DNA of 64,000 nucleotides. Source: Candidatus Omnitrophica bacterium CG11_big_fil_rev_8_21_14_0_20_64_10. GTDB taxonomy: Bacteria > Omnitrophota > Gorgyraeia > 1-14-0-20-64-10. This document shows, in pieces, positions 18,123 to 27,407 of the stretch. Position numbers and translations under genes: made by a program. The stretch's first letter is position 1. The number at the start of each line of letters is the position of its first letter. The stretch spans positions 7,774-71,773 of the forward strand of contig PCVW01000010.1 of the NCBI GenBank assembly GCA_002787095.1, given 5' to 3'. The notes beneath the pieces are model-generated. The model saw nothing but the letters and a program-made list of their open reading frames with translations. It made no database searches and had not been told where the DNA came from.

Positions 18123-19330
18123 CGGACCGCCGTCCGTTCCAGCGCTTCCCCCATCCGTTGCCGCATCTGTGCGATCCGGGTCCCCCAGTCGTGGGTTCGG
18201 GCCGCTTCCTGCCGCCGACGGACCGTCTCGGGGTCGGTCAGGGTTCGGGCCTGCTCAATGGCCTGGAGAAAACCGGCCGGATTCTCCGCGATTTGGACCA
18301 GTCCGTTGAAATCGGCGTTGTAGGCCAGCACCTCCGGCAGCGGCGAGGCCACGACCGGTTTCCCGAGGGCGTGGTACTCGTGCAGTTTGGTCGGATAGAC
18401 CGTCCGGGTGTAGCCGGTCAATCGGTACGGGATCACCCCGACATCAAACGACCGGGCGATCGCCGGAAGCTCCTCGGGCCGTCGGGGGCCGAGCCGATGA
18501 ACGTTCGGAAGGTGCCGGAGAGCGGTCATCGGGGCCAGCTCCGGTCCCACGAGCAGGAAGGACCAGGCCGGCCGGTGGACGGCGGCGTGGGCGATCCAGT
18601 CGATGTCCAGATGCCGGTGGAGGCCGCCGATGTAGCCGATTCTCGGCCGCGGCAGGCCGGCGATCTGAGCCGGTTCGGGACGGTTCGCTGCCTGGGCGTA
18701 GTCATCGTAACGGACGCCGAAGGGAAAAATCTCCACCGACCGGTTGTGGACCCGGCAGCGGTCGGCGAGCGCCCTTCCCTGGGCAAAGACCAGATCGCAG
18801 GCAGTCAAAAGGGCCGATTCGGAACGACGGATCACAGCCGGCCGCGGACTGATCTGTTCGAAGTCGGCGATGCAGTAATAGATCAGCAGCCGCCTCGACA
18901 GATGGCGCAGGGTCGACTGAATCAACGGGGTTGGGAGGAACGACCAGACGATCGGCCGGTTCCCGCCGCCGGCGGACAGCAGCCAGGCTGCAATCGTCCG
19001 GGCCAGGTGGCGGCCGTTCCAGGCCGTGATCGCAGGTTGATAAGGAGAGGGGACCAGCAGCGGGCTGTGCACCCAGAGCCGATCCTCGACCCGGCGCAGC
19101 CGGCTGCGCCGGTTGCCCCCCCGGCGCAGCCGGTCCCGCAGGCGGCCGGCGTCCCGCCAGCCGGGAGTCCGGATGCCGGTGTTCTCAATGAAGAGAACCG
19201 GGTGGCCCGCCCGGGCCAGCGCAGACATGATCTCCTGATGGCCCTGGCGGTTGAAACTCCAGTCGATCGAAGAGAAGCAGACCACCGGCAGATCGGCCGG
19301 TGCTTCCATCTCAAGCGGCCGGGTGTTCAT
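18116..19330 (-). CDS. GT-B-fold glycosyltransferase (GT4-like)
   Basis: 404 aa. C-terminal TKLHEYHALGKPVVASPLPEV resembles the GT4 E-x7-E region. ATG at 19330-19328. Confidence 0.6.
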   Translation of the reverse strand: MNTRPLEMEAPADLPVVCFSSIDWSFNRQGHQEIMSALARAGHPVLFIENTGIRTPGWRDAGRLRDRLRRGGNRRSRLRRVEDRLWVHSPLLVPSPYQPAITAWNGRHLARTIAAWLLSAGGGNRPIVWSFLPTPLIQSTLRHLSRRLLIYYCIADFEQISPRPAVIRRSESALLTACDLVFAQGRALADRCRVHNRSVEIFPFGVRYDDYAQAANRPEPAQIAGLPRPRIGYIGGLHRHLDIDWIAHAAVHRPAWSFLLVGPELAPMTALRHLPNVHRLGPRRPEELPAIARSFDVGVIPYRLTGYTRTVYPTKLHEYHALGKPVVASPLPEVLAYNADFNGLVQIAENPAGFLQAIEQARTLTDPETVRRRQEAARTHDWGTRIAQMRQRMGEALERTAVRC

Positions 19331-20615
19331 GATCCTCCCGCGGCGGGATTTGCCAGGCGGCCAGCAGGCCGAAGCCGATCCAAAGGAAGCGGAAATTCAT
19401 GATGTCGACATGGAGACTGTTGACCAGGAGTCCGATGTTCGCCGCCCACAGGGCGCGGCGCATCCAGAGGAAGGTTTCCTCCGGGCCGGCCCGGGTCGGC
19501 CGTCCGGCGGCCGCGCCGAGGAGGCCGATCCAGAGAAGAATCAGGAAGCCTGTTCCGATCCCGCCCGTTTCGGCGAGCCGGCCGAGCAGCATGCTGTGGG
19601 GATCGATGCGTTCATACGGGTGGTGGATCCGCCCGGCGTCGAATGCCGACTGGGTCACTTCGTGGAATCGGTTCAATCCCCGTCCGATCCAGGGATGCTG
19701 CGCGAAGGTCTCCAGCGAGAATCGCTTCAGCAGACCATAGCTGATCCAGTTGTAGGCGATCCCGACCGACAGCTGTTCGGCCCCTCGCCGGGGATCCTGG
19801 AAACTGTATTGGTCGGTCGGCGCCGGGAGATCCGGCCGGAAACTCCGCTCGATTCGGACCTCCCGGATCAGGACCCAGGAGACCGCTTGGATCGCGAGGA
19901 TCACGCCGATCGTGACGGCCACCCCGGCCGGCTTGAACCAGCGGTTGCGCTCCTGCAGGAAAGGCCAGAGGAACAGCAGGCCGGCGGTGAACCAGCCGGC
20001 CCAGGCATGCGAAAAGGTGCCGATCAGGGCGGCGGCTCCGATCGGGAGGGTCCATCGCCAAAAATGGGCGCGGGGTCCGAAACGGCTCAAGCCCAGCCAG
20101 ACCGGCAGGACAAAGGTCAGGTAGTTTCCGAAATATTCATGGGTGTAGAAGGTCCCCTTGGCTCGGAAAACCTCCCCCAGATAGGGGACCGGCCAGGGGT
20201 TGCCGATCGCGTACAGGTAGCGGCCGCTGACCGCATAGACGGCCGTCGCCCCCAGGGCAATGACCGACACCGCCAGTCCGACCCCGGTCATCCAGGGGAG
20301 GATCCGTTCCCGGAACCGCGGATCCCGGCCGATGACGGAGAAGGCGCCGTACAGGGCGGCCAGGTAGAGCTGTTTGGCGAGCTCCAGCGCGGAAGCGGCC
20401 CGGTTGTCGCTGTTCCAAAATGAGATCAGTCCGCCGAGCAGATATAATCCGACCAGCGCATCCAGCCGGCTCCACCGCCGCCGGGGCAGCTTTCCCAGGG
20501 CGGCGGCCGCGATCAATCCGATCGCGAACCCGTCGGCCGGCAGGATGTTTCCGGGAAACCGGTGCAGGCTGACCGGCAGCAGCAGCAGGAGACCGAGCAG
20601 CAGGGAGCGGAGCAC
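19311..20615 (-). CDS. O-antigen polymerase/ligase family (Wzy_C) polytopic membrane protein, second copy
   Basis: Multi-TM protein with HPHSMLLGRLAETGGIGTGFLILLW (Wzy_C-like). GTG start at 20615-20613. Confidence 0.65.
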   Translation of the reverse strand: MLRSLLLGLLLLLPVSLHRFPGNILPADGFAIGLIAAAALGKLPRRRWSRLDALVGLYLLGGLISFWNSDNRAASALELAKQLYLAALYGAFSVIGRDPRFRERILPWMTGVGLAVSVIALGATAVYAVSGRYLYAIGNPWPVPYLGEVFRAKGTFYTHEYFGNYLTFVLPVWLGLSRFGPRAHFWRWTLPIGAAALIGTFSHAWAGWFTAGLLFLWPFLQERNRWFKPAGVAVTIGVILAIQAVSWVLIREVRIERSFRPDLPAPTDQYSFQDPRRGAEQLSVGIAYNWISYGLLKRFSLETFAQHPWIGRGLNRFHEVTQSAFDAGRIHHPYERIDPHSMLLGRLAETGGIGTGFLILLWIGLLGAAAGRPTRAGPEETFLWMRRALWAANIGLLVNSLHVDIMNFRFLWIGFGLLAAWQIPPREDHEHPAA

Positions 20616-21530
20616 TCAGCCCTGCCCTCCCGCTTTCCGGGCGATCACGAGCAGGATGTCGAAGACGTCCAGCGTGATCGGGAACCCGGTTCCGGTCCAG
20701 CCCCGTTGTCTCAGCCATTCGTAGAAGCGGCGGCGGCGTTCCGGTTTTCGGTCGGCCAGCAGGCGGTACAGCATGCCGTCCAGCGTCCGGGTGACGCCGA
20801 CCGTCGTCCAAACCTCCGGCTCCAGTCCCCGGTCCCGCAGCAGCCGGCCCAGAGTGGCCCGGGAAAAATAGTGGAGGTGATGCGGCGGGTAATAGAGCCG
20901 CCAGCGCTTCCCCTGCAGGCGGGCCATCCAGGAGCCGACATCCCCGGTGGTCAAGGCCAGCCGGCCGCCCGGTTTCAGGATCCGGGCCGCCCGGTCCAGA
21001 TAGTCGCCGGGATTCCGGAGATGTTCGATCGTGTCCCACATCACGACCCAATCGTAATGGGCCTCGGGCAGCTGAACCTTCAGGAAGTGCCCTTCCCGGG
21101 CCGTCACCTTCAGCGTGTTCCGGGCGTGCCGGATCCCCTCCCCATGAATGTCGATCCCCTCCGATTCCCAGCGGCGCTGGGCCAGCTCCAGGAAGAAGCC
21201 GTAGGCGCAGCCGACCTCAAAGAGCCGTCCCGCCGGTTGGATCCGCCTCAGCCGCTCAACCAGCCTCCGAAAATTCCGCTGCAGCGCCGGTTTGTCCCGT
21301 TGGTAGTCGGCATAGGCCCCTTCGGAGAAAAAGTTCTGTTCGTAGGTTTCGAACAGCTTCTGGTCGGTGTCGGTCCAGGGGACGAACCAGTGGCCGCAGC
21401 TTCGACACCGGAGAAAGGGATAGCCGTCCTTTTCGAACCGGAAATCGTGCTGCCGGTTCCCGCAGATTTCACAGGGGACGGCCTGGGAAGCGGCGGATGG
21501 GCCGGCTGCCCCGGCGGTGACGGGAGTCAC
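20616..21530 (-). CDS. class I SAM methyltransferase with N-terminal Cys4 zinc ribbon (MT3)
   Basis: CEICGN...CRSCGH ribbon, then LFEVGCAYGFF motif I. GTG start at 21530-21528 in a GTGA overlap. Confidence 0.75.
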   Translation of the reverse strand: MTPVTAGAAGPSAASQAVPCEICGNRQHDFRFEKDGYPFLRCRSCGHWFVPWTDTDQKLFETYEQNFFSEGAYADYQRDKPALQRNFRRLVERLRRIQPAGRLFEVGCAYGFFLELAQRRWESEGIDIHGEGIRHARNTLKVTAREGHFLKVQLPEAHYDWVVMWDTIEHLRNPGDYLDRAARILKPGGRLALTTGDVGSWMARLQGKRWRLYYPPHHLHYFSRATLGRLLRDRGLEPEVWTTVGVTRTLDGMLYRLLADRKPERRRRFYEWLRQRGWTGTGFPITLDVFDILLVIARKAGGQG

Positions 21531-22276
21531 GACAGCGCCCTCTGCATCCGAACCAGATTCCGGAAGACCTCCGGCATCCGCCGGATGAGGTTGCGGTATC
21601 CGATCTGCCGGATCTCCCGGATCGGAACGGGGATTTCCCGAATCCGGAGGCCGGCCCGCTGGATTCGAAGCACCAGTTCGGTGTCGAAGATGAAGTGGTC
21701 GGTCACGCAGGCGGCCGCCAGAGTCGAGACCGGTTCCCGCAGGAAGGCCTTCATGCCGTGGGTGTCGGTCCCCTGGAAACCGAAGAAAAGCCGGAGGAAG
21801 CCGTTAAAGCTGCGGGTGATCCAGCGCCGCAGGATCGGCCGGCGATCCCAATCGGTCCGGAGCGTCTTGGAGCCGATCACGAGGTCCGCTTCCCGAAGGG
21901 CTTTCAGCGCTTCCCCGAGGAACTCCGGGCTCCAGAAATCGATGTTAAAGATCACGACCGCCTCCCGGCGGCAGGCGGCGATGCCCCCCTGCAGCGCCCG
22001 GCCGTAGTTGGCTTCCGGAAGACGCAGGGTCCGGACCGCCGGATGGTTTTGGGCAAAGGTTTCGGCCATCGGGCCGGTGGCGTCTGTGGAGCCGTTCTCG
22101 GCGATCAGCACCTCGAACGGCAGTCCCTGCCCTTCGGCGGCTTCCAGGATTCCCGGCAGCTGCTTCGAAAGGACCGGCGCATCGTTGTAGACCGGCACCA
22201 GGACGGAAAAGGAGCCGATGGTTTGTTGGGTCGGTGTCATGGTCTGGGGTTGTGCCTCTTGGAATCCGGTTATCAT
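21527..22276 (-). CDS. polyprenol-phosphate glycosyltransferase (GT2, DPM1/ArnC/GtrB-like)
   Basis: FSVLVPVYNDAPVL...VLIAENGSTDAT...IFNIDFW. ATG at 22276-22274 (MITGFQ...) in an ATGA overlap with the upstream stop. Confidence 0.75.
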   Translation of the reverse strand: MITGFQEAQPQTMTPTQQTIGSFSVLVPVYNDAPVLSKQLPGILEAAEGQGLPFEVLIAENGSTDATGPMAETFAQNHPAVRTLRLPEANYGRALQGGIAACRREAVVIFNIDFWSPEFLGEALKALREADLVIGSKTLRTDWDRRPILRRWITRSFNGFLRLFFGFQGTDTHGMKAFLREPVSTLAAACVTDHFIFDTELVLRIQRAGLRIREIPVPIREIRQIGYRNLIRRMPEVFRNLVRMQRALS

Positions 22277-23790
22277 AGCACCCGCCAGGCCTCGTGCGGG
22301 CCGGATTGGAACAGCCGCTCCACCGTCCCCGCCGGCAGGCGCAGATCCTCGATCGCCGCGTACCGCCGGTCCAGCAGCAGGCCGTTGATTCGGTAAGTCC
22401 GGAGGAAATCCTCGACCGGCTTCCGGAAGACCGGAAAGAAGGGGGCCAGCCGATCCCAGCCGGTCCCATGGGCCCCCCAGAGGACCGCCTTGTCGGTGAA
22501 ATGTGCCAGCGCCTCGGATCGGGTCACCGGCAGGCAGAGCCACCGTTTCTCGGGGCGCTCCTGGATTTTTTCAAAGATCAGCCGAATTTCCGGGTCCACC
22601 ACCGCCATTCGGTTCCATTTCTGCCCCCGGATGGCTTGGAGACTGACCGCCGTCTGAGCCGCCGCCAAACCGAGGCAGATCCAGGCCGGAAGGAAGTTGC
22701 CGGCGGTTTGAGCGGCGGTCCCGGCCCAGGTTCCCAGAAGCAGAAACCAGGGGAAGAGGCCGTAGCGCAGATACTTGAACCCTTCCCCGAACCACCGGCA
22801 TCCCGGAATCCATTGGGTCGCCGCGGCGGTGAGGAATACGAGTCCACTCCAGGCCAAGAAGAATGGTTGATCCGCCCCGGCCCCGGTGTCCGGATGAATC
22901 CCCGATTGCGGGAGACGGCCGGTCATCATGCCGGCCAGGAGACCGGCAATCACGATCAGGTGACCAACCGCCAGAAACCGACTCCATCGGGCCGATCGGA
23001 TCCCCTGCACGCCGGCCAGCTCCCGCTTCTTGGCCGGATCCCGATAGAGGGGGGAATCGTACAGGGGGTGGGCGTTTAGGAACGGTCGGTGGGTTCTCCA
23101 GAAAGCGACGATCTCCCGGTGTCCCCGCATCAGCTTCCGGAAACCAGCGGGATGAACCGCCCACGCGCCGGCAAAAATGCCGACCCCCAGGCCGATCCAG
23201 AGGGGACTGCCGGTGAGGCCGGCCAGGCCGAGGAGCATCGCCGTCATCTGCTGGGTCGTCATCTTGTGGGTCCAGAAGATCGCAATCCCGGCCCCGAGGG
23301 CGATCCCTCCTCCGATCCAGCCCGGCTGGAGCCAGAAGATCAGCAGGCCCCACATGAAGATCGTGAAGAGCAGATTGGCCGCCGGCCGGACATTCAGGTC
23401 GGTCGATTGGGCGACCCCGACCGGGCTGGTCGCGAACAGCCCGCCGGCCAGGGCGGCGCCCAGCCAGGAGCCGGTCCCGGCGGCCACGGCTCCGCTGAGG
23501 AGCGCGGCGTGGAGTCCGTCGATCAAGGGAGAAATCACCCAGTGAAAGCGCTCCCGGAGGCCCTTCGGCAGCAGGGCCAGCGCCCGCGGGAACAAAGGGG
23601 GATAAACCTGTTCCGGATCGTCCAGGAGGTATTGCGGCAACTCCACCGGCCGGAACGGCCCTTTGCGGGCGGCCCGGGCGTAATTCAGGTAATACCAGCT
23701 GTCCACGCCGAACTCCGGCTGCCTCAGCCGCGGCCAGATCCGGAAGCCGAAAGCCATGACCGCTGAAAAGAGGATCGCCGCCCCGATCAT
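22273..23790 (-). CDS. polytopic membrane protein, putative GT-C-like glycosyltransferase / hypothetical
   Basis: About 10 TM segments and a first-loop FGVDSWYYLNYA. It lies immediately upstream of a polyprenol-P GT2, the usual pairing with GT-C enzymes. The ATG at 23790-23788 (MIGAAIL...) gives an ATGA overlap; the track's longer start is rejected. Confidence 0.45.
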   Translation of the reverse strand: MIGAAILFSAVMAFGFRIWPRLRQPEFGVDSWYYLNYARAARKGPFRPVELPQYLLDDPEQVYPPLFPRALALLPKGLRERFHWVISPLIDGLHAALLSGAVAAGTGSWLGAALAGGLFATSPVGVAQSTDLNVRPAANLLFTIFMWGLLIFWLQPGWIGGGIALGAGIAIFWTHKMTTQQMTAMLLGLAGLTGSPLWIGLGVGIFAGAWAVHPAGFRKLMRGHREIVAFWRTHRPFLNAHPLYDSPLYRDPAKKRELAGVQGIRSARWSRFLAVGHLIVIAGLLAGMMTGRLPQSGIHPDTGAGADQPFFLAWSGLVFLTAAATQWIPGCRWFGEGFKYLRYGLFPWFLLLGTWAGTAAQTAGNFLPAWICLGLAAAQTAVSLQAIRGQKWNRMAVVDPEIRLIFEKIQERPEKRWLCLPVTRSEALAHFTDKAVLWGAHGTGWDRLAPFFPVFRKPVEDFLRTYRINGLLLDRRYAAIEDLRLPAGTVERLFQSGPHEAWRVL

Positions 23791-24542
23791 TCGGGGCCCC
23801 TCTGCTCGCAGGCGAGATAGAAACCAGCGCATTGCCCGGGCCAGACGGCGGCCAGCCGCTGCATCAGACGCCAGCCGAAGGCCGGCCAATGGCACCAATC
23901 GAACAGCCGGGTATGGGGGATGAAGAAGTTCTCCCGGAACACCGACCGGATCTCAAAGCCGGCCGCTTCGATCTTCCGGCGGAGCGCCGGTTCGGTGAAG
24001 AAATGGAGGTGGTCGGTTTGCTTCAGGATCTTCGGTTGGACCCAGCGGTTCCGGAGGCGGCCGAGACGGCAGCCTTCGTTGGGCACGCCGAGCCAAAGCC
24101 GGCCGCCCGGTTTCAGGATCCGGCGCAATTCCCGGAGCGCCGAATCGGTCTCCCGCACATGCTCCAGCACCTGCGAGGCCAGGACGCCGTCGAAGACACC
24201 GTCCCGGAATCCCAGCGCCCCGATCTCTCCCAGCGCCAGGCGGGCTTCCGGGAAGCCGACCCGGGTCCGCCGCAGACGGAGGAGATTGAGGTCGCAGCCC
24301 CAGAGGTCGACCCCCGGTCGGCGCAGCGGGGTCATCATCAGGCCGTCGCCGCAGCCGATCTCCAGCAGCCGGATTCCGCTCCGGTTCGACAGATGCCGTT
24401 CGACCTCCTCCTCGATCCAGCGGATCCGCTGCTCGATCGTCCGGCGCATCGCCGGCTGCCGCAGGTAATCTTGCTGGGGATCAGTCTGCCACGGGTCCCC
24501 CGCCGCCCGCCGCTCCCGCAGCCGTTCCCAGTCAGTCGGCAT
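23787..24542 (-). CDS. class I SAM-dependent methyltransferase (MT4)
   Basis: LLEIGCGDGLM motif I; ATG at 24542-24540. Confidence 0.8.
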   Translation of the reverse strand: MPTDWERLRERRAAGDPWQTDPQQDYLRQPAMRRTIEQRIRWIEEEVERHLSNRSGIRLLEIGCGDGLMMTPLRRPGVDLWGCDLNLLRLRRTRVGFPEARLALGEIGALGFRDGVFDGVLASQVLEHVRETDSALRELRRILKPGGRLWLGVPNEGCRLGRLRNRWVQPKILKQTDHLHFFTEPALRRKIEAAGFEIRSVFRENFFIPHTRLFDWCHWPAFGWRLMQRLAAVWPGQCAGFYLACEQRGPE

Positions 24543-26271
24543 CCATCCCCTCCAGGCGCCGGGCGGTTCCGCCCGGAAGGTCCCCCAGCGGGAACCGGCG
24601 GCCGTTCCTGGAAGCGGTCAATTTTGGGAAGACCGCTTCCCCGCCGTTGAACAGTTCCCAGCCGGCGGCCGATTTCCGGATCTCCAGCCGGGCCCAGAGA
24701 TTCATTCGCCGGTAGAGATCCTGGGCGCTGGTCAGCCACCAGCGGTCGTTGAGTTTCCGGAGAGCCGCTTCAAAGGCGGCCAAGGTTCCCTCCGGGCGGA
24801 GGATCCAGCCGCGGGTATGGGCGGGATGAAAAACCCAGAGGTAAGCGCCGCCCGGAAAGGCGTCGGCGAACCGGAAAGCGCGGTTTAAGGTCGCTTCATC
24901 CGGCTCGATCATGCCGCCGCTTTCCCATCCCGCCAGGGGCGTCTGCCGCTCTCGGGAGGCGATGACCGGCCGGATCGGAAAGGAGAACGGAACGCCGGCG
25001 CCGGGATGCCGGATCAGGACCGTTTCCGCGCCGCCGTAGCGGAAGATCTGAAAACGGGAGAAGGAACCGGCCCCCAGAATTTCCGGAAGCTCCCGGAAGA
25101 GATGTTCCAGGGCGAAGAGGTGCTCGGGATAGTGGAGGTAGTGGTAATGCCGATGCAGGGTCCGGAGGGTTCCCAGCCGTTTCTGCGCGGCCCGTACCTG
25201 CGCCGCCAGCCCGCGCGGGCTGACCGCTTCCCGATCGGGGCCCGGCAGTCGTTTGAGCCAGCGCATCCGGGCGCTTTCCAGCCAGCCGGTTCGATTCGAT
25301 CGGTAATGAAGGGCCGTTTCCAGATGCGGGGTTCCCCGCAGCCGTTCTCTCCAGAGTCCGGCCCGCTGGTCGTCCAGCACCGCGTAAGTGGCCGGCAGCC
25401 TCCGATCCCGCTCGATCTCCCAAAACTTCGGATCCGCGGAGTCGTCGGTGTCATGCCGCAGGATGACCGCATGATCCCGTTCCCCCCAGGGTGAGATGCG
25501 CAGGGATTCCAGAACCGAGACGCCGGCGGCCGCCAGGGCCCGGGAGAACCATCGGAACAGCCGGTCCAGGTACCAGGGACTCTCCAGGCCGATCGTTTCC
25601 TTCAGCGGCCACCAGTCGGTTTGCCCCTGCAGGAGTCCCCCCCAATACTCAAAGCAGGGGGCCGGAACCCAGAACAGGTTCCCTTTCCGATGCCACAATC
25701 GGCCGGCCGGCCTGGCGGGCCCCGGTGGGGGGGAAGCGGTTCCCGATCCCTCCGCCAGCAGCGGAGTCCCCGGGTCCGGATCGGGCGATTCCGGCCGGCT
25801 TTCCATGAACCGATAGCCGGGCGGGGCCAGGAACAGCGGCGGGTGCTCCTTTTCGCCGCCCGTCAGCCACCCAGCCAGCCGGCGGCTTCCGTTGGCGGCC
25901 GCTCCGAAGAGCCGGGCGGGCAGGTTCGTCACCCCGGTCACGATGATCTCCGTTTGCCCGGCGGCGGCGATTCGCTCGATTGCCTCGAGGGATTGGGAGC
26001 GGAGGGCCTCCCCTTCCGGGATCCAAAGCTGGTCGGCTTCGTTCATCTGCTTCCAATCGATTTGGGATTCCTCGAGGCGGCGGTGCGGCAGGCCGAGCCG
26101 CCAGAGAAAGTGCCGGCATCCGTTGACCGCCAGGTAGGCGTCGTCCCCCCGGATCCAATGTTCCGTTTCTCCCCCGCCGTTGGAGACCGGATAGAGATGG
26201 TGGGCCGCTTCCGCCCGCCGGGCTTTCGCGACCCGGGAGGATTCGCTGAAAAGGAGGGTGATCCGCTTCAT
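24532..26271 (-). CDS. hypothetical protein (approx. 580 aa); possible NodB-like (HDTDD) hydrolase region
   Basis: No confident family. Internal AVILRHDTDDSADP and later His pairs loosely resemble a metal-dependent carbohydrate esterase. ATG at 26271-26269 (MKRITLLF...) in an ATGA overlap. Confidence 0.4.
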   Translation of the reverse strand: MKRITLLFSESSRVAKARRAEAAHHLYPVSNGGGETEHWIRGDDAYLAVNGCRHFLWRLGLPHRRLEESQIDWKQMNEADQLWIPEGEALRSQSLEAIERIAAAGQTEIIVTGVTNLPARLFGAAANGSRRLAGWLTGGEKEHPPLFLAPPGYRFMESRPESPDPDPGTPLLAEGSGTASPPPGPARPAGRLWHRKGNLFWVPAPCFEYWGGLLQGQTDWWPLKETIGLESPWYLDRLFRWFSRALAAAGVSVLESLRISPWGERDHAVILRHDTDDSADPKFWEIERDRRLPATYAVLDDQRAGLWRERLRGTPHLETALHYRSNRTGWLESARMRWLKRLPGPDREAVSPRGLAAQVRAAQKRLGTLRTLHRHYHYLHYPEHLFALEHLFRELPEILGAGSFSRFQIFRYGGAETVLIRHPGAGVPFSFPIRPVIASRERQTPLAGWESGGMIEPDEATLNRAFRFADAFPGGAYLWVFHPAHTRGWILRPEGTLAAFEAALRKLNDRWWLTSAQDLYRRMNLWARLEIRKSAAGWELFNGGEAVFPKLTASRNGRRFPLGDLPGGTARRLEGMDAD

Positions 26272-27407
26272 CGGGGTTTGACGCCCAGGACGACCCACTG
26301 TTTTCTGAACCGCTCCGGCACCGCCGGTTCCAGGAGGCGGAACAGCCGCTGCGGGAGGAGCACCTCGGTGATCCAGGCGGCGGCGCGGGGAAGCCGGGGG
26401 GAGACCCAACCGTGACTCCAGATCGTTCGAATGTCGAAGCCGGCTTCAGTCATCAGCCGCTCCAGTCCCTCCCGGCTGACATAGCCCTGGACCGGTTCCC
26501 CCGGCCAGAGAGGACGGCCGGTGCGGCGGGTCCAGGGATTGTCCCGGTTGGCCGTTTGCGTCAGCAGCCAGCCGCCCGGTTTCAGGATCCGCCGGATCGT
26601 TTTCAGGGTCCCGGCCGGATCGGGCAGATAGAGCAGGACCCCCATTGCCAGCACCCCGTCGAATGATTCGGGACGGAAGCGGTTGAGGTCTTCGGCTGAT
26701 CCCCGGAGGAAGAGGGCGCCGGGAATCCGGTTCCAATCGGCCTCGGCGATCCGGGGATCGATTCCGACCACTTCATGACCCAGCAGGGCCAGCGGGGCGC
26801 TGTATCGGCCCCAGCCGCAGCCAAGATCGAGGAAGTGTTGCGGGGATCCCTTCGAGGGGATCGGAAGCCGGTATCGCCGGCAGAAGGCGCTTCCCCAATC
26901 GGCCCGGGTTAGGATCCGCTGCTTGAGCCAACGGTCCCGGATCAAACGGATCCATTCGAATGGGAGCAGTGGAAGCGTTGCCAGCTGCCGGATCCATCGG
27001 GCCCGTCGATCGGCCGGCTGCCAGGGGGCCCAGGTCTGGACCGGATGATGTTTGACGACGATCCCCCGCCCGGCCCGCAGGGCGATCAGTTTTTGAAGGG
27101 GGGAGAGCCGTCCATCGTCCCCGCAGGGGAGGAGCCACCCTTCGCCCGGCGTCAGCTTGCGGCGCAAGGCTTGAAGCGGCCCGGTCGCGGTGATCCGGAG
27201 ATCCGGCCGCCTGTTGAGCTCCGGCCACCCGTTCCAGGGGGCCGGCTCCCCCGCCCCGGGGCGGGGGGCGACCCAATAAAGGTGTCGAACGGTTGGAGGG
27301 AGACCCGTTTCATTCGCCGCGGCGGCCTTCGGGTGGAGATCGATCCAGCCGTTAACCCGGCGCCAGTCCGAAGGAATGGCGGGATCCCAGACCGTTTCCA
27401 GCTTCAT
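26268..27407 (-). CDS. two-domain protein: unknown N-terminal domain plus class I SAM methyltransferase (MT5)
   Basis: C-terminal FLDLGCGWGRYS motif I. ATG at 27407-27405 in an ATGA overlap. Confidence 0.7.
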   Translation of the reverse strand: MKLETVWDPAIPSDWRRVNGWIDLHPKAAAANETGLPPTVRHLYWVAPRPGAGEPAPWNGWPELNRRPDLRITATGPLQALRRKLTPGEGWLLPCGDDGRLSPLQKLIALRAGRGIVVKHHPVQTWAPWQPADRRARWIRQLATLPLLPFEWIRLIRDRWLKQRILTRADWGSAFCRRYRLPIPSKGSPQHFLDLGCGWGRYSAPLALLGHEVVGIDPRIAEADWNRIPGALFLRGSAEDLNRFRPESFDGVLAMGVLLYLPDPAGTLKTIRRILKPGGWLLTQTANRDNPWTRRTGRPLWPGEPVQGYVSREGLERLMTEAGFDIRTIWSHGWVSPRLPRAAAWITEVLLPQRLFRLLEPAVPERFRKQWVVLGVKPR

